Of a stretch of 64,000 bases of DNA, positions 1 through 5,610 are shown in pieces (the first letter of the stretch is position 1; each line of letters begins with the position of its first letter). A program made the translations under genes and the position numbers. The notes beneath the pieces were generated by a model. That model did not search any database, was not told where the DNA came from, and worked only from the letters and a program-made list of their open reading frames with translations. The DNA comes from a virus. The stretch lies in the IMG/VR virus record IMGVR_UViG_3300008261_000005. One strand, written 5' to 3'.

Positions 1-68
1 ATATGCAAACACATTTTTCTGAACGCCAGTCAGTTGCAGTGCAGAGTAAGTTAAGTGTGTTTACATAT
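1..68 (+). repeat. Long-stem hairpin cassette A between tRNAs
   Basis: ATATGCAAACACATTT pairs with AAGTGTGTTTACATAT; ends exactly at the 5' end of the tRNA at 69. Confidence 0.6.
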
Positions 69-144
69 GGTAACGTAGCATAGTGGCTAATGCACCACCT
101 TCATACGGTGTTTATCGTTGGTTCGAGTCCCACCGTTACTACCA
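69..144 (+). tRNA. tRNA-Met/Ile2 (CAT)
   Basis: Acceptor GGTAACG/CGTTACT, loop TTCATAC, T-loop TTCGAGT, CCA end. Confidence 0.9.
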
Positions 145-147
145 AGT

Positions 148-361
148 TTTGTAAGTGTCAGCAAGAGAAAGTCACGCTGTCTAGGTTTCTTCGAAGGACC
201 GAAACAGTAGAAGGCGATGGGTTCGACTCCCACCTGGGCACGTAGTGTCCACGGGCAGAAGGTTGCAAGCTGGACAAGTATTCCAAGTGACGTACCGAGT
301 CCCGCTCGAGTTTATTACACGGGTGAATGGTTGCTATAACGATGGGGCAACTACTTACAAA
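148..361 (+). ncRNA. Candidate ~210-nt structured ncRNA
   Basis: 9-bp closing stem TTTGTAAGT/ACTTACAAA; internal T-loop GGGTTCGACTCCC; helices GTCAC/GTGAC, GGGCAC/GTGTCC, GTTGCT/GGCAAC; no CCA. Confidence 0.6.
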
Positions 362-429
362 TTCAACAGACCCCCGCCTTACAAGTTGTGCGGTGAACAA
401 CTTGTACTAATTCAACAAAGGAGAACGGC

Positions 430-450
430 ATGAAACGTACTAAACGTTAG
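430..450 (+). CDS. Possible minigene MKRTKR
   Basis: AAGGAG at 418-423, 6 nt before ATG; TAG at 448-450; flanked by hairpins. Confidence 0.35.
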   Translation: MKRTKR

Positions 451-510
451 TGTCACTCTAGATCCCCGTATGGTCTAGGGTTGGCACGTAAAATCAATTA
501 ATACGTACAA

Positions 511-586
511 CCCTGTTTAGCGTTAATGGTAGCGCACTTGACTCTTAATCAATGAGGTGTGAGTTCGAATCTCACAGCAGGGACCA
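511..586 (+). tRNA. tRNA-Lys (CTT)
   Basis: CCCTGTT/AGCAGGG, loop CTCTTAA, CCA. Confidence 0.95.
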
Positions 587-589
587 TAT

Positions 590-664
590 GGGGGTATAAT
601 TCAAAGGCTAGAATAGCCGGCTTTTAACCGGTCTATCAGGGTTCGAGTCCCTGTGCCCCTACCA
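590..664 (+). tRNA. tRNA-Lys (TTT)
   Basis: GGGGGTA/TGCCCCT, loop CTTTTAA, CCA. Confidence 0.93.
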
Positions 665-730
665 TATGAAAACATTCTAAAGACGTATAACGCAATGCCT
701 CTTGATGGCTAAGATAGAATGTTTCCATAT
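665..730 (+). repeat. Long-stem hairpin cassette B between tRNAs
   Basis: CATATGAAAACATTCTA/TAGAATGTTTCCATATG 17-bp stem with one mismatch, abutting tRNAs on both sides. Confidence 0.6.
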
Positions 731-805
731 GGTAACGTAGCATAATGGTTGTGCACCGCCTTCATACGGCGCCCGGTGTGAGTTCGAATCTCACCGTTAC
801 CACCA
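731..805 (+). tRNA. tRNA-Met/Ile2 (CAT), second copy
   Basis: GGTAACG/CGTTACC, loop TTCATAC, CCA; paralogue of 69-144. Confidence 0.9.
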
Positions 806-828
806 AAATAAGTTGTAAATAGTTTAAT

Positions 829-905
<77 letters not shown>

Positions 906-912
906 AGAATAT

Positions 913-986
913 GTATCTCTAATGTAATGGCAGCATGACAGTCTCCAAAACTGTTCGTCGGAGTTCGAGTCTCTGGAGGTACGCCA
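913..986 (+). tRNA. tRNA-Trp (CCA)
   Basis: GTATCTC/GAGGTAC, loop CTCCAAA, CCA. Confidence 0.93.
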
Positions 987-992
987 CAATAT

Positions 993-1066
993 GCGGGTAT
1001 GATGTAATGGTAACCTGAAACCTTGCCAAGGTTTATTCGCGAGTTCGATTCTCGCTACCCGCTCCA
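993..1066 (+). tRNA. tRNA-Gly (GCC)
   Basis: GCGGGTA/TACCCGC, loop TTGCCAA, T73, CCA. Confidence 0.95.
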
Positions 1067-1071
1067 ATTAC

Positions 1072-1145
1072 GCCCTTTTAGTATAATGGTATTACACCTG
1101 TTTTGTAATCAGGTTACGGCAGTTCGATTCTGTCATGGGGCACCA
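1072..1145 (+). tRNA. tRNA-Thr (TGT)
   Basis: GCCCTTT/ATGGGGC, loop TTTGTAA, CCA. Confidence 0.9.
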
Positions 1146-1149
1146 GTTA

Positions 1150-1264
1150 AGGATAGTAACAGCAAAAATTATAACTCACTTCTCTTGAAAAGAAAAGGAA
1201 CGGTTCGACTCCGTAGCCGCAAGGTTTGGTGTAACGGTAGCACTATGTTAAATTCTATCCTGTT
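1150..1264 (+). ncRNA. Y-RNA-like ncRNA Y1 with circularly permuted tRNA-like domain
   Basis: Closing stem AGGATAG/CTATCCT plus ACAGCAA; inside, T-arm ACGG-TTCGACT-CCGT, then AGCC-GCAA-GGTT, then D-arm GTGTAACGGTAGCAC (T before D). Confidence 0.75.
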
Positions 1265-1272
1265 TATTTTGT

Positions 1273-1346
1273 TGGCGGATTGTGTAATGGTAGCACAACA
1301 GACTTTGACTCTGTTAGCCTAGGTTCGATCCCTAGTCCGCCTGCCA
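1273..1346 (+). tRNA. tRNA-Gln (TTG)
   Basis: TGGCGGA/TCCGCCT, loop CTTTGAC, G73, CCA. Confidence 0.92.
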
Positions 1347-1351
1347 GCTAT

Positions 1352-1427
1352 GGTGTCTTTAGTGTAGTGGCCTGCACCCTGCTCTGTGAAAGCGGTAGTA
1401 CCGGATCGATACCGGTAAGGCACCCCA
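1352..1427 (+). tRNA. tRNA-His (GTG)
   Basis: G-1:C73 pair, GTGTCTT/AAGGCAC, loop CTGTGAA; T-loop ATCGATA has A54. Confidence 0.92.
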
Positions 1428-1432
1428 AATAC

Positions 1433-1506
1433 AGTTCCTTAGTTTAATGGTAGAACAGTGCGTTGACATCGCGCAGACAAAAGTTCAATTCTTTTAGGAA
1501 CTACCA
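1433..1506 (+). tRNA. tRNA-Val (GAC)
   Basis: AGTTCCT/AGGAACT, loop TTGACAT, CCA. Confidence 0.92.
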
Positions 1507-1512
1507 AATTTT

Positions 1513-1587
1513 GCCTCTGTAGTATAATGGATAATACACTGGTCTACGAAGCCGGGGATTGTGGTTCGATTCCATACAGAGGCACCA
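1513..1587 (+). tRNA. tRNA-Arg (ACG)
   Basis: GCCTCTG/CAGAGGC, loop CTACGAA, CCA. Confidence 0.95.
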
Positions 1588-1595
1588 AACAATAT

Positions 1596-1669
1596 GCTCT
1601 TATAGTTTAATGGTAGAACACTCGCTTGGTATGTGAGTAATCGTAGTTCGATTCTACGTAGGAGCACCA
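1596..1669 (+). tRNA. tRNA-Thr (GGT)
   Basis: GCTCTTA/TAGGAGC, loop TTGGTAT, CCA. Confidence 0.92.
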
Positions 1670-1670
1670 T

Positions 1671-1745
1671 ACCGCTTTCGTTCAATGGATAGGACAACAT
1701 TCTTCTAAAGTGTGAATAGTGGTTCGATTCCACTAAGCGGTACCA
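1671..1745 (+). tRNA. tRNA-Arg (TCT)
   Basis: ACCGCTT/AAGCGGT, loop CTTCTAA, CCA. Confidence 0.93.
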
Positions 1746-1762
1746 CTAGATTAAATACTTGT

Positions 1763-2014
1763 ATGAACTGGTATCCTATTGATAAAAATTTAAACTTTGC
1801 CCAAGAAATATTAGGCAATTCTGATCATGGCGCAGTTACTAATATGTACATAGAAGGACCGTTTGGAACTGTAAAGGCACACGACATAGGATATATTGAT
1901 GATGGATATTACGAACAGTATCCTGACAGACTTTGGGATTTGTACAAGTCTATCTTGTCAGTACTAGATGGACACTATCACTGTTGTTTGTCAGGCAAAG
2001 TTTGGAATCTTTGA
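1763..2014 (+). CDS. Hypothetical protein, 83 aa (leaderless)
   Basis: ATG 5 nt after TAAATA; ORF-track start at 1712 lies inside a tRNA. Confidence 0.55.
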   Translation: MNWYPIDKNLNFAQEILGNSDHGAVTNMYIEGPFGTVKAHDIGYIDDGYYEQYPDRLWDLYKSILSVLDGHYHCCLSGKVWNL

Positions 2015-2199
2015 AATTTTCTTTGTTGCCACCACATGAGCCACGGGCTGATGTGTGCCAAACTCATAACTAACCACATTATTGGCATTTCTAAGAAAAA
2101 ACCACCACAGATGTTGTGCGTGTAGAAATAACTTAATACAGCCCCTAATAAAAATATTGGGGCTGGAGACAAACTAAAAAATAGATTAATTTTTTTCAT
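1978..2199 (-). CDS. Small membrane protein, 73 aa
   Basis: Two hydrophobic segments; TAAATA just upstream on minus strand. Confidence 0.6.
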   Translation of the reverse strand: MKKINLFFSLSPAPIFLLGAVLSYFYTHNICGGFFLEMPIMWLVMSLAHISPWLMWWQQRKFQRFQTLPDKQQ

Positions 2200-2229
2200 A
2201 CAGTATTTAATCTATGTTAACGTTCTATT

Positions 2230-2306
2230 GCCCCACTGGCGCAATTGGTAGACGCGGCTCTCTCAAAAGGAGTGTGTTCCCCGTTCGAGTCGGGGGTGGG
2301 GTACCA
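2230..2306 (+). tRNA. tRNA-Leu (CAA) with short variable loop
   Basis: GCCCCAC/GTGGGGT, Leu-type D-loop, loop CTCAAAA, 5-nt variable loop GTGTT, A73, CCA. Confidence 0.88.
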
Positions 2307-2385
2307 AATTTAATTTTGTAGCATATTACCGATATGCATAGGCTAAAGTTAGAAAGTATTGTATAATAAGGACTGTTAAGCAAAT

Positions 2386-2471
2386 GCGAGTATGGTGAAA
2401 TTTGGTAGACACAAGAGACTTAAAATCTCTCGCCGCAAGGTGTCCCGGTTCGATCCCGGGTACTCGCACCA
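2386..2471 (+). tRNA. tRNA-Leu (TAA)
   Basis: GCGAGTA/TACTCGC, loop CTTAAAA, V-arm GCC-GCAA-GGT, CCA. Confidence 0.95.
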
Positions 2472-2479
2472 GAATTTAG

Positions 2480-2730
2480 TATCATTAGTAAGGGACTAAG
2501 GCTTATTAAGCGACCGTAAAAGGAATTGTACTGATGTGGAAAGTTAGTGCATATTACATCATAGATGTATTGCTTGTTTCAAAATGACGGCGGCGTTAAT
2601 AGCGTACAATGTTGAGGGACAATAGGCTCCATGTTAGGCTAGACTAGTAGAGCAAGTGCTATTAACACTTGGGATGCCTTGGGACTCATCGAGTCTAAAC
2701 CAAAATCTCTCAAGTCCTTTACTCATGATA
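2480..2730 (+). ncRNA. Candidate ~250-nt structured ncRNA
   Basis: 17-bp closing stem TATCATTAGTAAGGGAC/GTCCTTTACTCATGATA; internal GTTAATAGC/GCTATTAAC, TACATC/GATGTA, GACTC/GAGTC; abuts next tRNA. Confidence 0.6.
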
Positions 2731-2805
2731 CTCGTTATAGTTCAATGGATAGAACGAGTTCCTCCTAAGAATTAGATACAGGTTCGATTCCTGTTAACGG
2801 GACCA
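2731..2805 (+). tRNA. tRNA-Arg (CCT)
   Basis: CTCGTTA/TAACGGG, loop CTCCTAA, CCA. Confidence 0.92.
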
Positions 2806-2809
2806 ATTA

Positions 2810-2884
2810 CGGGCTTTGGTGAAATGGATATCATCTCGGTCTTCGAAACCGAGGGTGGGAGTTCGATCCTCTCAAGCCCGGCCA
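2810..2884 (+). tRNA. tRNA-Arg (TCG)
   Basis: CGGGCTT/AAGCCCG, loop CTTCGAA, CCA. Confidence 0.93.
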
Positions 2885-2903
2885 AAATATTTTCAATAGA
2901 CTG

Positions 2904-2932
2904 TTGACAAACAGTTGAAATCACTATATAAT
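2904..2932 (+). promoter_or_regulatory. sigma70-type promoter
   Basis: TTGACA-N17-TATAAT; ATG 6 nt downstream. Confidence 0.8.
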
Positions 2933-2938
2933 TGCACT

Positions 2939-3304
2939 ATGGAAATATTAATTGTTCTAATTTGGTTACAGGTAAAACATTGGATTGTAGACTTTGTTTT
3001 GCAAAGTGATGCACAGATAAAAGGCAAAGGCATATACGGAAATCGTATAGGAATCAGTCACAGTTTAGAACATGTAATCGGTACATTGGCAGCATTGTCC
3101 GTAGCAAGTTTTTACGTAGAACTTTCAGTATTTTGGATCATAGTAGCAGCCGCTGTAGATGGTGTATTACACTATCACATTGATTGGGCAAAAATGAATT
3201 GGGGTAATAGAGATATTACCACTAAAGCATTTTGGAATCATTTGGGTTTAGATCAAATGGCTCACCAAATTTGTTATTTGTTTTTAATCATTGTATTATT
3301 TTAA
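2939..3304 (+). CDS. DUF3307-like membrane protein (HxxxD metal-hydrolase-like)
   Basis: HWIVDFVLQ...K...SHSLEH...HYHIDWAK...DQMAH pattern with TM segments; start set at leaderless ATG 2939. Confidence 0.7.
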   Translation: MEILIVLIWLQVKHWIVDFVLQSDAQIKGKGIYGNRIGISHSLEHVIGTLAALSVASFYVELSVFWIIVAAAVDGVLHYHIDWAKMNWGNRDITTKAFWNHLGLDQMAHQICYLFLIIVLF

Positions 3305-3308
3305 TCTA

Positions 3309-3337
3309 TTGACATTGCTCTTAAGTGATGTTATAAT
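3309..3337 (+). promoter_or_regulatory. sigma70-type promoter for tRNA sub-array
   Basis: TTGACA-N17-TATAAT. Confidence 0.85.
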
Positions 3338-3344
3338 AGATACT

Positions 3345-3360
3345 TGTTCATTAAAAATTT
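3345..3360 (+). promoter_or_regulatory. rrn boxA-like antitermination site
   Basis: TGTTCATTAAAAATTT vs rrn boxA TGCTCTTTAACAATTT (13/16), directly after promoter. Confidence 0.5.
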
Positions 3361-3372
3361 AAAAGTTAATAT

Positions 3373-3448
3373 GCTCGGTTCGTCTATCGGTCTAGGACAC
3401 CGCCCTTTCACGGCGGGAAGAGGGGTTCGATTCCCCTACCGAGTACCA
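3373..3448 (+). tRNA. tRNA-Glu (TTC)
   Basis: GCTCGGT/ACCGAGT, loop CTTTCAC, CCA. Confidence 0.95.
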
Positions 3449-3523
3449 TATTAAAACACATTAGGCAACATCCGAGAATTCTGGAATCGTAAGGTGGCAT
3501 AGCCCCTAGTGTGTTTTAATATG
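3449..3523 (+). repeat. Long-stem hairpin cassette C
   Basis: CATATTAAAACACATTAGG/CCTAGTGTGTTTTAATATG 19-bp stem. Confidence 0.65.
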
Positions 3524-3527
3524 TTAT

Positions 3528-3610
3528 GCCCCGATGGTGGAATGGTAGACACGCTGGTCTTAGAAGCCAGTGCCTAGTGCGTGAGAGTTCGAGTCTCTCT
3601 TGGGGCACCA
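3528..3610 (+). tRNA. tRNA-Leu (TAG)
   Basis: GCCCCGA/TTGGGGC, loop CTTAGAA, long variable region, CCA. Confidence 0.93.
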
Positions 3611-3617
3611 AGTATAT

Positions 3618-3702
3618 GGAGTAGAAGCATCAATGGTGATGCAGTGGACTGTAAATCCGCCGCCTTCGGGCACGCCTGGTTCGATCCCAGGATACTCCAC
3701 CA
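3618..3702 (+). tRNA. tRNA-Tyr (GTA)
   Basis: GGAGTAG/ATACTCC, loop CTGTAAA, V-arm, CCA. Confidence 0.92.
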
Positions 3703-3707
3703 AATTA

Positions 3708-3797
3708 GGAAATGTGGCAGAGTCCGGTTTATTGCAACAGTCTTGAAAACTGTCGTGTCGAAAGGCACCGTGAGTTCGAATCTCACCGTTTCCGCCA
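3708..3797 (+). tRNA. tRNA-Ser (TGA)
   Basis: GGAAATG/CGTTTCC, loop CTTGAAA, long V-arm, G73, CCA. Confidence 0.95.
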
Positions 3798-3800
3798 AGT

Positions 3801-3939
3801 TTTGTTTATGTGTGTACGGTTATCCATATGTGAGTAGTGAGCTAACCAAGTCGCTTATTACTGTACCTGAAGCCCGTAGCAAGTCTGGCTCCATGCCGGA
3901 CTCAGCGCATGCCTTGGATAGTATGTGACGATAGACAAA
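3801..3939 (+). ncRNA. Candidate ~140-nt rod-like ncRNA
   Basis: TTTGTTTAT/ATAGACAAA, TGTAC/GTATG and TATCCA/TGGATA nested helices between two Ser tRNAs. Confidence 0.5.
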
Positions 3940-3947
3940 TTTTTTAT

Positions 3948-4035
3948 GGAGCATTGGCCGACCGGTTAAGGCAACAGATTGCTAATCTGTCATTCAGCAA
4001 TGGGTGAGTAGGTTCGATTCCTACATGCTCCGCCA
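3948..4035 (+). tRNA. tRNA-Ser (GCT)
   Basis: GGAGCAT/ATGCTCC, loop TTGCTAA, V-arm, CCA. Confidence 0.95.
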
Positions 4036-4056
4036 TTATTTTTAAAAAGGTAAAAT

Positions 4057-4284
4057 ATGATGAAACCAACTAGTACATATAAGATGAGTAGCATGACAAA
4101 AGCAAGTTTAGCATTATCTAAATGGAAAGACGCACATGCTCACGGACAGTGGAAACGTGCAATGATTGATGCAGAATTGTGCAGTAGAGTAGTTGTTAAG
4201 ACACGTGACCGCAATGACAAGCGACCACAAGGCACTGCATCATATGTAACAACAAGTAATAGCGCAACACCAAGCGCAGAGTAA
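4057..4284 (+). CDS. Hypothetical protein, 75 aa
   Basis: ORF with AAGG SD filling the gap between tRNAs. Confidence 0.55.
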   Translation: MMKPTSTYKMSSMTKASLALSKWKDAHAHGQWKRAMIDAELCSRVVVKTRDRNDKRPQGTASYVTTSNSATPSAE

Positions 4285-4291
4285 GAACTAT

Positions 4292-4367
4292 TCCGCAGTA
4301 GCTCAGTTGGTAGAGTAGAAGACTGTTAATCTTTTGGTCCGTGGTTCGAGCCCACGCTGTGGAGCCA
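4292..4367 (+). tRNA. tRNA-Asn (GTT)
   Basis: TCCGCAG/CTGTGGA, loop CTGTTAA, G73, CCA. Confidence 0.95.
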
Positions 4368-4368
4368 T

Positions 4369-4569
4369 ACCCCCGGTTTACACTTTAACGTTATTAAAGT
4401 GCGTCATTGCTAGATACGATAGTAGCACGGTGCATTGGATCTACCGCAAGGCTTGTTTAAAGCGACTTGAGAAATCACAAAGGCAGGAACGCTAACCCGT
4501 CTAAATAGAAAAATACGTGGACAGAGTAACAGCTCAGTTTAGGGCCTATGTGGTGTAGGTAGCTAGACA
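4369..4569 (+). ncRNA. Possible structured ncRNA (~200 nt, no ORF)
   Basis: Hairpins CACTTTAA/TTAAAGTG, TGCTA/TAGCA, CCTAT/GTAGG; no clear terminal stem. Confidence 0.35.
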
Positions 4570-4660
4570 CTTTAATCAAATACATTTAGCTTAACTATAA
4601 GTTAGGTTGTAAGGACTGCACACCACCGTTGAGAAAAGTGCTAAGTGTGTTTGATTAAAG
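4570..4660 (+). repeat. Long-stem hairpin cassette D
   Basis: CTTTAATCAAATACATTTAGC/GCTAAGTGTGTTTGATTAAAG 21-bp stem with two G-U pairs. Confidence 0.65.
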
Positions 4661-4664
4661 TTAT

Positions 4665-4740
4665 CGCGGGGAAGGTCTGGTCACTAGCGAGGTCTCATAA
4701 GCCTTTGCCATCCTTGGTTCGAATCCAAGTCCCGCAACCA
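4665..4740 (+). tRNA. Initiator-like tRNA-fMet (CAT), atypical D-arm
   Basis: C1-A72 mismatch (CGCGGGG/TCCCGCA), loop CTCATAA, CCA; A8 and weak D-stem. Confidence 0.8.
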
Positions 4741-4763
4741 ATTAGTGTAATAAGTAAGTTTAT

Positions 4764-4838
4764 GCCGGTTTAGCTCAGTGGTAGAGCATCCGCCTTGTAA
4801 GCGGGAGGTCGTCAGTTCAATCCCGACAACCGGCACCA
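4764..4838 (+). tRNA. tRNA-Thr (TGT), second copy
   Basis: GCCGGTT/AACCGGC, loop CTTGTAA, CCA. Confidence 0.95.
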
Positions 4839-4846
4839 AGGACTTT

Positions 4847-5032
4847 ATGATAGTAACCTCTGTACGTAATGTTTGGGATATGGTTAGTGACCGTTATCGT
4901 AAAACGGTCTATAGGACTGTGGAAGATCCTGTAACACAAAAACAATACATTGAAACAGAAAGATATCTCTATGATAAAACCGGAACAGTAAAACAAAATG
5001 ATACCGGTAACAATATAGATAAAAAAGTTTAA
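4847..5032 (+). CDS. Hypothetical protein, 61 aa
   Basis: ATG after AAGGA; track start 4778 lies in a tRNA. Confidence 0.5.
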   Translation: MIVTSVRNVWDMVSDRYRKTVYRTVEDPVTQKQYIETERYLYDKTGTVKQNDTGNNIDKKV

Positions 5033-5034
5033 TT

Positions 5035-5111
5035 CGGAGTGTGGCGCAGTCTGGTAGCGCACCTGGTTTGGGACCAGGGGGTCCAAGGTTCGAATCCTTG
5101 TACTCCGACCA
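5035..5111 (+). tRNA. tRNA-Pro (TGG)
   Basis: CGGAGTG/TACTCCG, loop TTTGGGA, CCA. Confidence 0.95.
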
Positions 5112-5112
5112 T

Positions 5113-5188
5113 GGGGGATTAGCTCAGTTGGGAGAGCGGCTGCTTTGCAAGCAGTAGGTCGCAGGTTCGATCCCTGTATCCTCCACCA
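5113..5188 (+). tRNA. tRNA-Ala (TGC)
   Basis: GGGGGAT/ATCCTCC with G3-U70, loop TTTGCAA, CCA. Confidence 0.95.
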
Positions 5189-5204
5189 ATTTTAGGAAAT
5201 GGAA

Positions 5205-5375
5205 ATGCAAGTTAGGGTAAAAGAAAACGAAAAAGAATTTGGTCGATGCGGGTGCGGTCGTAGCCCAACTGGCAAGTGTTGCGGCTGGCATGGACTAACG
5301 GAAGAAGAATTTGCACAGCGTAAGGAACTTTACGAAACAGGTAAAGCAGACTTAGCTGGTCGAGAAATAAAATAA
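5205..5375 (+). CDS. CDGSH-like iron-sulfur mini-protein, 56 aa (not in ORF track)
   Basis: MQVRVKENEKEFGRCGCGRSPTGKCCGWHGLTEE...; C-x-C-x2-S...C-x-G-x-H resembles the CDGSH motif; AGGA SD. Confidence 0.65.
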   Translation: MQVRVKENEKEFGRCGCGRSPTGKCCGWHGLTEEEFAQRKELYETGKADLAGREIK

Positions 5376-5381
5376 AAATAT

Positions 5382-5455
5382 GCGGGGTTCGTATAGTGGT
5401 AATACCTTAGCCTTCCAAGCTAATGCTGAGAGTTCGATTCTCTTACCCCGCTCCA
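5382..5455 (+). tRNA. tRNA-Gly (TCC)
   Basis: GCGGGGT/ACCCCGC, loop CTTCCAA, T73, CCA. Confidence 0.95.
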
Positions 5456-5461
5456 CTTACT

Positions 5462-5553
5462 GCCAGCGAGACTTGGTAGTCAGAGAGGTTTTATAAACCT
5501 TTTAGCGCCAGATTAGCGTTCTTGAGAGGGTTCGATTCCCTCCGCTGGTACCA
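5462..5553 (+). tRNA. Non-canonical tRNA with TAT anticodon (Ile AUA-reading by anticodon), long V-arm
   Basis: GCCAGCG/CGCTGGT, minimal D-arm GAC-TTGGTA-GTC, loop TTTATAA, V-arm AGCGC/GCGTT, T-arm GAGGG/CCCTC, CCA. Confidence 0.75.
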
Positions 5554-5559
5554 AAATAC

Positions 5560-5588
5560 TTGACGTAGTACAAGTAGTTTGTTATAAT
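5560..5588 (+). promoter_or_regulatory. sigma70-type promoter
   Basis: TTGACG-N17-TATAAT. Confidence 0.75.
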
Positions 5589-5610
5589 AGTTACTTACTT
5601 AGGAGATAAC

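Larger units (their letters stand above)
1747..2214. repeat. 20-21 nt inverted repeats bracketing two convergent ORFs
   Basis: TAGATTAAATACTTGTATGAA (1747-1767) vs reverse complement of TTCATACAGTATTTAATCTA (2195-2214); each arm has TAAATA followed by the ATG. Confidence 0.7.

Noticed and set aside
148-480. tmRNA, one- or two-piece
   Set aside because: T-loop present but no G3-U70 acceptor with CCA and no tag frame ending in hydrophobic/Ala residues
2480-2730. RNase P RNA or group I intron
   Set aside because: GTGGAAAGTT only loosely resembles GAGGAAAGTCC with no matching 3' P4 strand; AGACTA/AAGTC is an imperfect P7, P/Q motifs are missing and no host gene is interrupted
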